Positions 19,384 to 27,986 of a DNA stretch of 47,876 nucleotides are shown here, piece after piece; position 1 is the stretch's first letter, and each line of letters opens with the position of its first letter. The DNA lies in assembly GCA_041746755.1 (NCBI GenBank), contig JBGTGL010000076.1, forward strand, positions 1-47,876. The letters run 5' to 3'. This DNA is from Acidimicrobiia bacterium (GTDB lineage: Bacteria; Actinomycetota; Acidimicrobiia; Spongiisociales; ZC4RG35). The position numbers and the translations under genes are program-made. The notes beneath the pieces are model-generated. The model had not been told where the DNA came from, made no database searches, and saw nothing but the letters and a program-made list of their open reading frames with translations.

Positions 19384-20694
19384 GTGGTGGAACGAATCAG
19401 ATCGGTCGCCCAACGGGCGCGAGACAGCCTTTTTTTCATACCAGTCATTGGAATCCTGGTGTTCTCAGGCCTGGCCATTCTGGTTTTGTATCTGGATCGA
19501 CGTTTGACCGGTGGTGAGGGCAAAAACACACTGTTGCTGTCCGCCACCGTGGCCGGGGGAAGGTCGATTGCTACGACCGTTGCAGGAGCAACCATTACCG
19601 TCGCCGCGATAGCGTTCTCGATCACGGCCTTGTCGAGCCAGATCGCGGCCAATCAGTATTCTCCCAGGGCGGTGCGGGGCTTTTTCGAGGACAGCTTCCA
19701 ACAGGTCGTCATCGCCTTCATCGTGGGAACCTTCACGTACTCACTCCTGATCCTTGGCGGACTGAGCACGACATCGGCGGGTGCAAGCCAGCCAACACCG
19801 AGCATCGCCGTGACCACGAATGTTGTTCTCGGAGTGCTATCCGCCATCGGCATAGTGGCGTACATCGACCATTCATTGCGTCGATTTCAGGTGGATTCGG
19901 TAGTACGCCGGATATCGGAAGCCACGCTGATAGCCGTTAGGAAACAGAACAGAATTCCACGCAGCCCCGACCACAACGCCGCCCCTCCAGACGGAGAGTC
20001 GGCCGCGATCGAGGCAGATCGCTGGGGATGGATCCAGGGAATCGAGGCTGCCCGAATCGCAGAGTCGCTCCCCCGAAACAGTTCCGTTCAAATCAAGTTT
20101 CGCCTTGGAGAACACGTCATACAGGGCGATGAGCTGGCAACGGTCTGGCCTGCGAGCGGGGCCCCATCTGTGACGGAAGTGTTGAGGAAGCGAATAGCAA
20201 TCGGCAAAGACCGTTCCCTCGACGATGACCCTGCCTTCGGGATCCGCCAGCTTGTCGACATCGCCCTCAAAGCCCTTTCCCCCGGAATAAACGACCCCAC
20301 GACCGCCCGAGACGTGGTCCATCATCTCAAGTTGCCGCTCCGGGAAATTCTGATCTCCGATCCTCCTGATCGGATATTCAACGGTTCAGACGGTCAACGG
20401 GTATATCTCAGCGAAGCCCTATCGAGATCGGATTTTGTCCATGCTGCGTTCGCCGAGATTCGGATCAATAGCGCTACTCAGCCTTCGGTCCTGAGCGCTC
20501 TGCTCGAAGCAATCGAGGACCTACGAGGCCCGCTCGAGCACATGGATCTGGACGGGAGGATGGGCGCACTCAACCAGGAGTGGGACTTGACAATCGACAG
20601 CGTACGCAGCTCGGGGTTACCCGAAGCGGACATCAAACGAGTGTTGGGCAAACGCGAAAAGACAACTCCCGGCAAGGAAACCATGGAGCCCTGA
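19384..20694 (+). CDS. DUF2254 family membrane protein
   Basis: 436 aa. N-terminal TM helices (FFIPVIGILVFSGLAILVLY, ITVAAIAFSITALS) then a large soluble domain, the layout typical of DUF2254. Recognised from memory. Confidence 0.6.
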   Translation: MVERIRSVAQRARDSLFFIPVIGILVFSGLAILVLYLDRRLTGGEGKNTLLLSATVAGGRSIATTVAGATITVAAIAFSITALSSQIAANQYSPRAVRGFFEDSFQQVVIAFIVGTFTYSLLILGGLSTTSAGASQPTPSIAVTTNVVLGVLSAIGIVAYIDHSLRRFQVDSVVRRISEATLIAVRKQNRIPRSPDHNAAPPDGESAAIEADRWGWIQGIEAARIAESLPRNSSVQIKFRLGEHVIQGDELATVWPASGAPSVTEVLRKRIAIGKDRSLDDDPAFGIRQLVDIALKALSPGINDPTTARDVVHHLKLPLREILISDPPDRIFNGSDGQRVYLSEALSRSDFVHAAFAEIRINSATQPSVLSALLEAIEDLRGPLEHMDLDGRMGALNQEWDLTIDSVRSSGLPEADIKRVLGKREKTTPGKETMEP

Positions 20695-20758
20695 TCCCGT
20701 TGCGGATCGCCTCACCTTATGTTTATCAGCCCGAGGACGTAGTGAAGAGGAATAGGCC

Positions 20759-20932
20759 CTAGCCGATCTCGGCCGACTCGCCCTTCTCCGGGACCGCGCC
20801 GGCGGGAAGCAGCGGATGACCACAACCACATTTGTATTCGTCACCATGAGGGCAAGGACTCTGCACAATCAAACTGCAGTCACAGTCACGATTGGTACAA
20901 GTCAGCTCGGTTCCAGCGTCAATCATATTCAT
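20759..20932 (-). CDS. small Cys-rich metallothionein-like protein (MymT-like), 57 aa, below the ORF-track size cut-off
   Basis: Hand translation: MNMIDAGTELTCTNRDCDCSLIVQSPCPHGDEYKCGCGHPLLPAGAVPEKGESAEIG. RBS GGGAG lies 7 nt upstream of the ATG. 6 Cys and 2 His in a spacing resembling mycobacterial MymT. Confidence 0.55.
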   Translation of the reverse strand: MNMIDAGTELTCTNRDCDCSLIVQSPCPHGDEYKCGCGHPLLPAGAVPEKGESAEIG

Positions 20933-21062
20933 GGCATAACTCCCATACTTTTTCTGGCGAACAGTGGTTGATCAATACCCCGTTTCTCCTTCCTCCAATC
21001 ATGGGCGGGTTTGACCGCCGACTCTATCGGGTATCTCGATCGCAACTAACGAGGAGAACCTC

Positions 21063-21680
21063 ATGAGAGACAACGCGACTCATTACACGAGAGGCGCCCA
21101 CGTCAAGACTTCCGAAGGCGTGGAAGTAGGCACCATTGACCGCATTGTTTTCGACGCAAAAGCCCAGAAAATCACGCATATCATCGTGAAAAAGGGGCTC
21201 CTGCTCACCACGGACCGGGTGATCCCGGTTGATGCATTGGAACCCTTCGGCGACGGGGTTCGCGTTGGCGCCGACGCAGATCCCACAACGTTTCCGCAGT
21301 TCGAACAGTCGGATTACGTCCTCGACGCTCAGACCGACTTCTATGTAGCCAACCCGAGCATCGCAATCGGAGCGTACGGACCGATCGGTGCACCCAATGC
21401 CGAGCTGAAAAGGCACCGGGACCGAAACATCCCGGAGGATTCCATCGTCCTTCACGCCGACTCAGACGTCATCGCCTCCGACGGCGAAAAAGTCGGCCGT
21501 GTTAAAGAGGTGGTGGCCGATACCTCTGACGACCGCGCATTCCAACTCATAGTCGCCAGTGGCGTTGCCGATCGTGTGAAGCGTGCGATCCCGGCAAACC
21601 TGGTCATCTCTATCACCGAAGGCGAGATCCACCTCAGTATTGGCTCCGTCGACTTCGACGAGTACGCAACCCTCGAATGA
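21063..21680 (+). CDS. PRC-barrel domain protein (two repeats)
   Basis: 205 aa. Two similar segments (V.TSEGVEVGTIDRIVFD...ITHIIV and VIASDGEKVGRVKEVVAD...) typical of PRC barrels. Confidence 0.6.
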   Translation: MRDNATHYTRGAHVKTSEGVEVGTIDRIVFDAKAQKITHIIVKKGLLLTTDRVIPVDALEPFGDGVRVGADADPTTFPQFEQSDYVLDAQTDFYVANPSIAIGAYGPIGAPNAELKRHRDRNIPEDSIVLHADSDVIASDGEKVGRVKEVVADTSDDRAFQLIVASGVADRVKRAIPANLVISITEGEIHLSIGSVDFDEYATLE

Positions 21681-21761
21681 TTTCGCACAATTTGTTGTAG
21701 ACCTTCGGCCGAACAGGAATAAACTGTGGGGGCGGGAAGGTAGAGGCTGAAAGGGATAAAC

Positions 21762-22061
21762 ATGTCGGAGTACACAGGAAGTCTGCGTATCGACGGGGAT
21801 TCGGCAGCCCCTATGGGGGTTGAGATCGACCTGACCGAAGATCGAATCAAGGTCAACGCTGGTGACGTAGAAGTTGGTGACTGGTCACGCAGTGAGGTGA
21901 GGGTCAACGCCCTGCCCGATGGCTTCCATATCCGGGTGGAGGGTGAAGTTCTCGTCATCGACGTGACTGATGACGCCCGCTTCGCTCTCGACTTGGGACT
22001 TAGGACCGCACACCCCCAACTCCGACGGAGAATGTCGGCGCTGCTCCGGGACGACGCCTAA
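21762..22061 (+). CDS. hypothetical protein
   Basis: Track ORF 99 aa. Purine-rich GGAAGG/AGAGG stretch about 20-30 nt upstream, no close SD. No recognisable motif. Confidence 0.4.
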   Translation: MSEYTGSLRIDGDSAAPMGVEIDLTEDRIKVNAGDVEVGDWSRSEVRVNALPDGFHIRVEGEVLVIDVTDDARFALDLGLRTAHPQLRRRMSALLRDDA

Positions 22062-22069
22062 CCACACGG

Positions 22070-22432
22070 GTGACATTCGACGATATCTTGGAATATTGCC
22101 TTGCCATGCCCGGCGCCTGGCAGGACGAACCATGGGATGGCGACATCGTCGCCAAAGTGGACAAGAAGATCTTTGCATTCCTCGGTGGAGAAACCGTCGG
22201 AGTCAAGAGTGGAAGCGAACGCGATGAGGCCGACGAGTGGCTCCTCCGTTATCCCGAAGATGCAACGGTGATGGCATATATCGGTCGGTCTGGATGGAAC
22301 ACGCTCAGGATGAACGGTGCGATACCGGACGACGAGATTCTCGAAGCCATCGATGAGTCCTATTACCGCGTCGTAGAGAAACTACCCAAAAGCCGCCGCC
22401 CCGATGGATGGGACGAGGCAGCGAAGATTTGA
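22070..22432 (+). CDS. MmcQ/YjbR family DNA-binding protein
   Basis: 120 aa. N-terminus FDDILEYCLAMPGAWQDEPWDGDIVAKVDKKIFAFLG is typical of YjbR-like proteins. Confidence 0.7.
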   Translation: MTFDDILEYCLAMPGAWQDEPWDGDIVAKVDKKIFAFLGGETVGVKSGSERDEADEWLLRYPEDATVMAYIGRSGWNTLRMNGAIPDDEILEAIDESYYRVVEKLPKSRRPDGWDEAAKI

Positions 22433-22477
22433 GAAACCGGAGGGCCGCCAAATGTTTGGCGACCCTCTTGTTCTGAG

Positions 22478-22551
22478 TCGGGACGGCGGGACTTGAACCC
22501 GCGACCTCAGCGTCCCGAACGCTGCGCGCTACCAAGCTGCGCTACGTCCCG
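22478..22551 (-). tRNA. tRNA-Pro (anticodon CGG)
   Basis: Hand fold, 74 nt: acceptor CGGGACG/CGTCCCG, D arm GCGC-AGCTTGGTA-GCGC, anticodon arm CAGCG-TTCGGGA-CGCTG, variable AGGTC, T arm GCGGG-TTCAAGT-CCCGC, discriminator A. No encoded CCA. Confidence 0.9.
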
Positions 22552-22576
22552 TCTATTTGATTGTTCCGCTAATCCC

Positions 22577-22638
22577 CGGGACGCTGAAGCGTCATCGCAC
22601 CACGGCGCACTGTCAAGCTGCGCTACGTCCCGTCTATT
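22577..22638 (-). pseudogene. degenerate tRNA-like remnant (copy of the tRNA-Pro 5' flank, acceptor 5' strand and D arm)
   Basis: 25-nt exact direct repeat caagctgcgctacgtcccgtctatt at 22533..22557 and 22614..22638. The remnant reads CGGGACG-TA-GCGC-AGCTTGACAGT-GCGC...CGTCCCG (56 nt) and lacks anticodon and T arms. Confidence 0.5.
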
Positions 22639-22648
22639 CAGCTTACGA

Positions 22649-22697
22649 GTTCCGGGTGCTTAGGGTCCCGCTAGACGGGACCATATGCACGATGAAC
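22649..22697. repeat. imperfect palindromic intergenic element, copy A
   Basis: gttccgggtgcttagggtcccg-ctaga-cgggaccatatgcacgatgaac. The right arm is nearly identical to copy B at 30928..30947. It sits just before the asd stop, at a convergent gene end. Confidence 0.5.
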
Positions 22698-22706
22698 TGA
22701 AGAACG

Positions 22707-23735
22707 TCAGAGGAGTTCGGCGATTTGAACTGCGTTCAAGGCGGCGCCCTTACGTAGGTTGTCGCCTACCACCCACAGATTGATTCCGCCGGGTTCTCCA
22801 AGGGTGGGCCGGATCCGACCCACCAGAACATCATCGATACCCGCTGAATCGAGAGCAGTGGGCACCTTGTCACTCCAGACATCAACGCCCGGGGCGTTCC
22901 GGAGCACTTCCGTCGCGGCGTCGACCGAGACCTCCTCGTCGAAATGAAGCGTCGCTGAAACACCATGGCCGACCAACACCGGGACCCGAACACAGGTCGG
23001 TTCAACGGCCAGGCCGGGCAGGTCGAGAATCTTCCTCGACTCGTTGACCAGCTTCATCTCCTCGTCGGTGTATCCACCCTCGACCTCATTCCCGGCGAAA
23101 GGAAGTGCATTGAACCCGATCGGCCGGCTGTAAACCCGGGACACGGGTTCTTCCCAAGTTCCTGTCGTCAACCCTTCAATCTGTTGGCGAAATGAATCGA
23201 TTTGCTCGATGAGCTCATCGGAGCCGCTCTGACCTGACCCGGATACCGCCTGGTATGAACTGGCCACCACCGACCTCAGCCCAAAGGCATCGTGGAGTGG
23301 TCCGGCAGCCATCATCAGGGTCATCGTGGTGCAATTGGGATTGGCAACGATGCCGGAATGCTCACCGACGGCATCGCTGTTGACATCGACGACCACCAGC
23401 GGAACCTTCTGTTCCATACGGAAGGCAGACGAGTTGTCGATGACGACGGCACCTTGGTCCACGAAGCGTTGGGCGAACTGGCGAGAACGCTCTCCGCCCG
23501 CGCTGAAGAGAGCGATGTCGATGCCGGCAAAGTCGGCCGATGCCAGATCCTCGACGACCACGTCACCCCACCTGGTCGCCACTTCCGATCCCGCTGAGCG
23601 TTCCGAAGCGAACATCCGCAGTTGGGAGATCCCGAAATCGCGCTCAGTGAGGATTGCCAACATGGTTCGGCCCACGGCCCCCGTGGCACCGACCAGCGCA
23701 ACCGACCTAGCCGTCATCATTCTCTCCAGTGGCAC
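22707..23735 (-). CDS. asd: aspartate-semialdehyde dehydrogenase
   Basis: 342 aa. [14 protein letters not shown](P) motif and active-site NPNCTTM. Start may be an internal Met (MMTARS), because the ORF overlaps ask by 29 nt. Confidence 0.9.
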   Translation of the reverse strand: MPLERMMTARSVALVGATGAVGRTMLAILTERDFGISQLRMFASERSAGSEVATRWGDVVVEDLASADFAGIDIALFSAGGERSRQFAQRFVDQGAVVIDNSSAFRMEQKVPLVVVDVNSDAVGEHSGIVANPNCTTMTLMMAAGPLHDAFGLRSVVASSYQAVSGSGQSGSDELIEQIDSFRQQIEGLTTGTWEEPVSRVYSRPIGFNALPFAGNEVEGGYTDEEMKLVNESRKILDLPGLAVEPTCVRVPVLVGHGVSATLHFDEEVSVDAATEVLRNAPGVDVWSDKVPTALDSAGIDDVLVGRIRPTLGEPGGINLWVVGDNLRKGAALNAVQIAELL

Positions 23736-24696
23736 CGAGTCCTAGAGAGTCGTGCAAAAGCCTCATCACATTGTCCTTGTCGGCATGTTTTACCGAGAAG
23801 GTAACCAGGTTGTCGCCCTCCACGACGATCTCGAATTCGAAGCCACCAGCCGTCAGGGCACCTGAGGCGGCAGTGGCCAGGTCATCCGATGACCCGACCA
23901 CCGTCACCCAACCCAGGTCATCGCTGACCTTGCCGGCGATTCCGACCACCCCAACCGCCACCGCCGATTCACCAACCAGGGTTCCGGGCTCGAAGCTGAA
24001 CGACGAACGAACGCTTATCGGGATTCGATTCACCATTGCCAGCTCGACGGCGTGATCGACCAGGACGCCCGCGCCATTCTGAGCCAGTGCCAGCATGTCA
24101 GCATGGGAAATGTTCCCGACTTGGACTGCACCAGGCACGATCCGGGGGTCGGCTGTGAACACCCCTTCGACATCGGTGAAGATTTCACAAAGTTCGGCAT
24201 CGAGGGCGACGGCGAGGGCGACCGCGGTCGTATCCGATCCCCCCCTTCCCAACGTGGTGACCTCGCGACGGTCGGGGTCGACCCCCTGGAACCCGGCAAC
24301 GATCACGACCTTGCCCTCGGCAAGAGACTCCTTCACCCGCTCTCCTGTGATCTCTCGAATCCGTGCCTCACCGTGTGACGAGTCGGTCAGAATGCCGGCT
24401 TGCGACCCGGTATAGCTAACCGCGGGGATTCCTCTCTTGTCCAGGGCCATCGCCAGCAGCGCCATGGTGATTCGCTCCCCTGCCGTGAGGAGCATGTCGA
24501 GTTCGCGCGGTGGGGGCGAATCGGTGATTTCTCGAGCCAGACGCATAAGTTGGTCGGTGGTCTGACCCATGGCCGATACCACCACCACAACGTCGTTGCC
24601 GGCCCCCCTGGTCTTGCCGACGCGGTCGGCCACCTCGGAGATCCGCTCCGGATCGGCGACTGACGTTCCTCCGTACTTCTGGACAATCACTGGCAT
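23707..24696 (-). CDS. ask: aspartate kinase (short form, apparently a single ACT-like regulatory domain)
   Basis: 329 aa. [28 protein letters not shown] motifs. The C-terminal tail after ...[13 protein letters not shown] is only about 85 aa. Confidence 0.85.
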   Translation of the reverse strand: MPVIVQKYGGTSVADPERISEVADRVGKTRGAGNDVVVVVSAMGQTTDQLMRLAREITDSPPPRELDMLLTAGERITMALLAMALDKRGIPAVSYTGSQAGILTDSSHGEARIREITGERVKESLAEGKVVIVAGFQGVDPDRREVTTLGRGGSDTTAVALAVALDAELCEIFTDVEGVFTADPRIVPGAVQVGNISHADMLALAQNGAGVLVDHAVELAMVNRIPISVRSSFSFEPGTLVGESAVAVGVVGIAGKVSDDLGWVTVVGSSDDLATAASGALTAGGFEFEIVVEGDNLVTFSVKHADKDNVMRLLHDSLGLGATGENDDG

Positions 24697-24782
24697 ATCT
24701 GCACAGTTTGGAAGGTTTTGGCCTCCAATACGAACATTGACCTGTCGGTTGAACCCGGACCGCCTCTAGAGTCACCCTCTCC

Positions 24783-25562
24783 ATGACCGACAAACGTCAA
24801 CGACAGAAAGAACAACGCACCGCCAAGAAGGAAGCCGAGAAGAAGGCGGCGGGCCGAAAAGAGTTGAGAAAGCGTCTCCTCACGGCATTCGGATTCGGAG
24901 CGGTGGTGGTGGGTTTCTTTGCGGTCGGTTCGATTTTCTCCAACGACGGTGAACTGCCCAAAGGGTACGAGGCATTTCGTGCACAGCCGACTGCCTGCGA
25001 TGCCGAACAACCGCCAGCCGAGACAGTCATGGAATTTGAACAGCCCGAGGTGCAAACGGACTTGGAGACGGCGACGGCTGCCACTGCGACGATCGCCACC
25101 TCCTGCGGACCGATCGTGATCGACCTCGAGCTCGAGAATACGGCGACCGCAAACTCCTTCGTATTCCTCTCCCGCCAGGGGTTCTACAACGGACAGGTAT
25201 TTCACCGCATTTTCGCCGACTACGTGATCGAGAGTGGCGACCCGTCGGCTGGTAGCGGGGGCGGCCCCGGATACCGAATTCCCGATGAGTACCCGGCTTC
25301 CGATTTCGTATTTGAAGAAGGGATGGTCGCCATGGCGAACCTGGGCAAGTCCACGACGGGGAGCCAGTTCTTCATCACGATCGGCGACAACACGAGTCGG
25401 ACCCCGACCTTCAATATCCTGGGGACGGTCGTCTCCGGCCGGGATGTTCTCGACCAGATCGCTGCCGTTCCGGTCGCTCAGCAACCTGGTTCGGTGGAGA
25501 AGAGTCTCCCGCTGGAAACCGTGTATATCGAAGACATCCAGATCGACGTAACCGGTTCTTGA
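24783..25562 (+). CDS. cyclophilin-type peptidyl-prolyl cis-trans isomerase with basic N-terminus and membrane anchor
   Basis: 259 aa. FHRIFADYVIESGDP, GYRIPDE, MANLGKSTTGSQFFIT. N-terminal Lys/Arg-rich stretch then hydrophobic FGFGAVVVGFFAVGSIF. Confidence 0.85.
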   Translation: MTDKRQRQKEQRTAKKEAEKKAAGRKELRKRLLTAFGFGAVVVGFFAVGSIFSNDGELPKGYEAFRAQPTACDAEQPPAETVMEFEQPEVQTDLETATAATATIATSCGPIVIDLELENTATANSFVFLSRQGFYNGQVFHRIFADYVIESGDPSAGSGGGPGYRIPDEYPASDFVFEEGMVAMANLGKSTTGSQFFITIGDNTSRTPTFNILGTVVSGRDVLDQIAAVPVAQQPGSVEKSLPLETVYIEDIQIDVTGS

Positions 25563-25599
25563 CGCTCCGATCGGCGAAGATCTGTGTTGTAAACAGATC

Positions 25600-26442
25600 A
25601 TGGCAATAGACCTCCACACCCACAGCACCTATTCCGACGGTTCGGCCTCGCCCACAGAACTTGTCGAGTACGCCGCCAGGATCGGGCTTTCCGCAATTGC
25701 CCTTACCGACCACGACACTCAGGAAGGCATCCCCGAGGCAAGCGCAGCTGCCAGCGTTCATGGAATCGAACTGATCGCGGGAACTGAGCTCTCGCTGCAA
25801 ACCGAGCGTGGGGGTATGCATCTGGTTGTTCTCTGGCTCGACCATACGAAGGGACCGTTGCAAGACCGTCTGTTCGAGCTGCAAAGCGCCCGCGGCGGCC
25901 GCAACCAGACAATCGTCGACGAACTGACCCGCCTCGGTATGCCGATCTCCCTGGCAGAAGTGGAAGAAGTCGCGGGAAGTGGCTCGGTGGGACGCCCTCA
26001 TATTGCAGAGGTGATGGTCCGACGTGGCTACGTCCCCGACATCAAAACCGCTTTTGACCTTTGGATTGGCAACCACGGCCCCGCCTATGCCCGCAGAAAG
26101 ACGCTGAGCCCGGAGGAGGGGATCGGCCTCGCCGTGGAATCGGGTGCAGTTCCCGTGCTCGCCCATCCTCACACCCTCGGGATCAACCGGGCCCACGAAA
26201 TGGCCGATCTCTTAGACGAGCTCAAGGGGTACGGGTTGGTGGGATTAGAAGCGAACTACCCGATCTACCGCCAGCACGAACGGTATGGATATGCCGACCT
26301 GGCGCGTCGATTCGGCCTGGTTCCGTCCGGAGGAAGCGACTATCACGGCACCTTCAAGGTCGGATTGGAACTCGGCATCGGTTACGGCGACCTGGTCGTT
26401 CCCGAATCGGTTCGGGACGAATTGTCGAGGGCGAGGGAGTGA
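25600..26442 (+). CDS. PHP domain phosphoesterase (TrpH/YciV-like)
   Basis: 280 aa. N-terminal IDLHTHSTYSDG and LTDHDT motifs, and later AHP...GGSDYHG. Confidence 0.8.
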   Translation: MAIDLHTHSTYSDGSASPTELVEYAARIGLSAIALTDHDTQEGIPEASAAASVHGIELIAGTELSLQTERGGMHLVVLWLDHTKGPLQDRLFELQSARGGRNQTIVDELTRLGMPISLAEVEEVAGSGSVGRPHIAEVMVRRGYVPDIKTAFDLWIGNHGPAYARRKTLSPEEGIGLAVESGAVPVLAHPHTLGINRAHEMADLLDELKGYGLVGLEANYPIYRQHERYGYADLARRFGLVPSGGSDYHGTFKVGLELGIGYGDLVVPESVRDELSRARE

Positions 26443-27986
26443 CCACCCCGATCCGGATGGGGACAGCTGCCGCTGTTGTTGGAGGAGGTGTCCTCCTCTC
26501 CCGGATTCTCGGGTTAGTGAGGGAAGGTCTCATCGCCGGCCTGATCGGAGTCAGCGCCGAAACCGACCTTTATCGACAGGCGTTCGCTATCCCCGATTTC
26601 CTCTCATATCTGCTCGCCGGGGCCTACCTCACCATCACCCTGATTCCGATTTTGAGCCGGCACTTGGAGAATCAGGAGCCAGAAAAGGCCAACCAGGCAT
26701 TCACCTCGGTATTCCGTTTTGTGGGGCTGGCCATTGTCGGCCTGACAATCTTGATGTGGATTCTCACTCCGCAGATTGTTGAACTGGTCTTCCCGGCCGT
26801 ACCCGACCAGGCGGCGTTGATCTCGTTGACCCGGATCGCCCTTCCAGCCCAAATATTCCTGGTCCTCGGGTCGGTACTGATGGCTGCGCAGTACACCCAT
26901 AAGCGCTTTGTTATTCCTGCCCTCGCTCCCGTTATCTACAACTTGGGAATCATTGGGGGTGGACTGGTGGGTTGGGCTATGGGAGACCCCAGCCCCGAGT
27001 CATTCCTCTGGGGTGCCGTGGCCGGTTCGGCCGTTGGCAACTTCGGCCTGCAATGGATTGGTGCCAAACGAACCAGCACACATCTCGTCCCGGTCCAAAG
27101 AGGCAACTCTGCGGTGGGCGAATATCTGATTCTGGCGCTGCCGCTCATGCTGGGACAATCGGTTGCGGTGCTTGACGAGCAGTTCGTCCGCTGGTTTGGC
27201 CAGCTCGGAGACACCGGCGATGTCTCAGCCCTCTCTTTCGCTCGCCAACTCAACATGGTCCCGATCGGAGTTATCGCCCAGGCTGCCGGAGTGGCCGCCT
27301 ATCCATTCCTGGCCAGACTCGCCGCAGGAAACAAAGTTGCCGAGCTCAACGAAACAACCGAACGGGCTGCCCGCAACACCATGTTTGTCGCCTCGGCCGC
27401 GACAGCGCTGTTGGTGGTGCTCGCCACACCGCTCGTGAATTTGATCTATCGATATGGTCAATTCAGTGCCGAGGATGCCTCCCTGGTGTCAAGCCTTCTG
27501 GTGATCTACGCATTCTCGATACCGGCTTGGGGGCTTCATCAGCTGCTGTCACGGCATTTCTACGCCAAACGGAAGATGTGGACGCCGGTGGGAATCGGAA
27601 CGGCTGCAACCGTCGTAGCTATTCCAACCTGGATACTTCTTCACAATGAGTTCGGGGTGGAAGGCTTTGCTCTCGCTTCGACTCTGGTGATGGTCGTTTA
27701 CGCCCTCGGTCTTCTCCTCGCCTGGGGCACCGACGCCGGGTGGGAGGCGGTTCGGCGGATTGGCCCCGCGTTCGGGAGAGGGGTGCTTTCTGCAGCCATA
27801 GCTGCAGTAGTTGCCATTCCGCTGGTGGACCGGTTTGACCTGGAAAACATGGGAGTCTTGGCCAACCTAGGGGTCGCCCTTCTTGGGGCGATTACTGCTC
27901 TGGCTGTATTCCTTGGAATCGCCTATCTCCTCCGGACCCCTGAATTGGCCCTTCTGAAGCGTCCGAAGCCGGTCAGCGAGGCGTAG
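26439..27986 (+). CDS. murJ: lipid II flippase MurJ/MviN
   Basis: Track ORF 26061..27986. A plausible start is GTG 26439 (overlapping the PHP stop) or ATG 26457. LLSRILGLVREGLIAGLIGVSAETDLYRQAFAIPDFL is the typical MurJ N-terminus. Many TM segments. Confidence 0.85.
   Translation: MTTPIRMGTAAAVVGGGVLLSRILGLVREGLIAGLIGVSAETDLYRQAFAIPDFLSYLLAGAYLTITLIPILSRHLENQEPEKANQAFTSVFRFVGLAIVGLTILMWILTPQIVELVFPAVPDQAALISLTRIALPAQIFLVLGSVLMAAQYTHKRFVIPALAPVIYNLGIIGGGLVGWAMGDPSPESFLWGAVAGSAVGNFGLQWIGAKRTSTHLVPVQRGNSAVGEYLILALPLMLGQSVAVLDEQFVRWFGQLGDTGDVSALSFARQLNMVPIGVIAQAAGVAAYPFLARLAAGNKVAELNETTERAARNTMFVASAATALLVVLATPLVNLIYRYGQFSAEDASLVSSLLVIYAFSIPAWGLHQLLSRHFYAKRKMWTPVGIGTAATVVAIPTWILLHNEFGVEGFALASTLVMVVYALGLLLAWGTDAGWEAVRRIGPAFGRGVLSAAIAAVVAIPLVDRFDLENMGVLANLGVALLGAITALAVFLGIAYLLRTPELALLKRPKPVSEA

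Noticed and set aside
22577-22632. Possible tRNA-Sec (selC), suggested by the CTTCAG sequence in the tRNA-like remnant near tRNA-Pro.
   Set aside because: The TTCA sits in a 4-nt loop on a 5-bp stem, so no 7-nt anticodon loop with U33 can be drawn. There is no T arm and no long variable arm. The element is only 56 nt and copies the tRNA-Pro acceptor and D arm.
20700-22706. Integrated genomic island at tRNA-Pro (accessory-looking genes on its 3' side).
   Set aside because: No integrase, excisionase or mobility gene is present. No second copy of the tRNA 3' end could serve as a distal att repeat. The only repeat is of the 5' half, 81 nt away.
24697-24782. Lysine riboswitch or other leader upstream of ask.
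   Set aside because: Only 86 nt separate ask from the divergent PPIase gene, too short for an L-box, and no conserved riboswitch core is visible.
26061-26438. N-terminal extensions of track ORFs that run into the upstream gene: murJ 26061..26438, NuoEF 5060..5488, erpA 9419..9724, mce 28572..29129, dgt 44014..44490, moxR 33720..33800, receiver 18685..18909.
   Set aside because: The extensions overlap neighbouring genes, have no family similarity and have junk-like composition. In each case an internal start gives a family-typical N-terminus, often with an SD or an overlapping stop/start.
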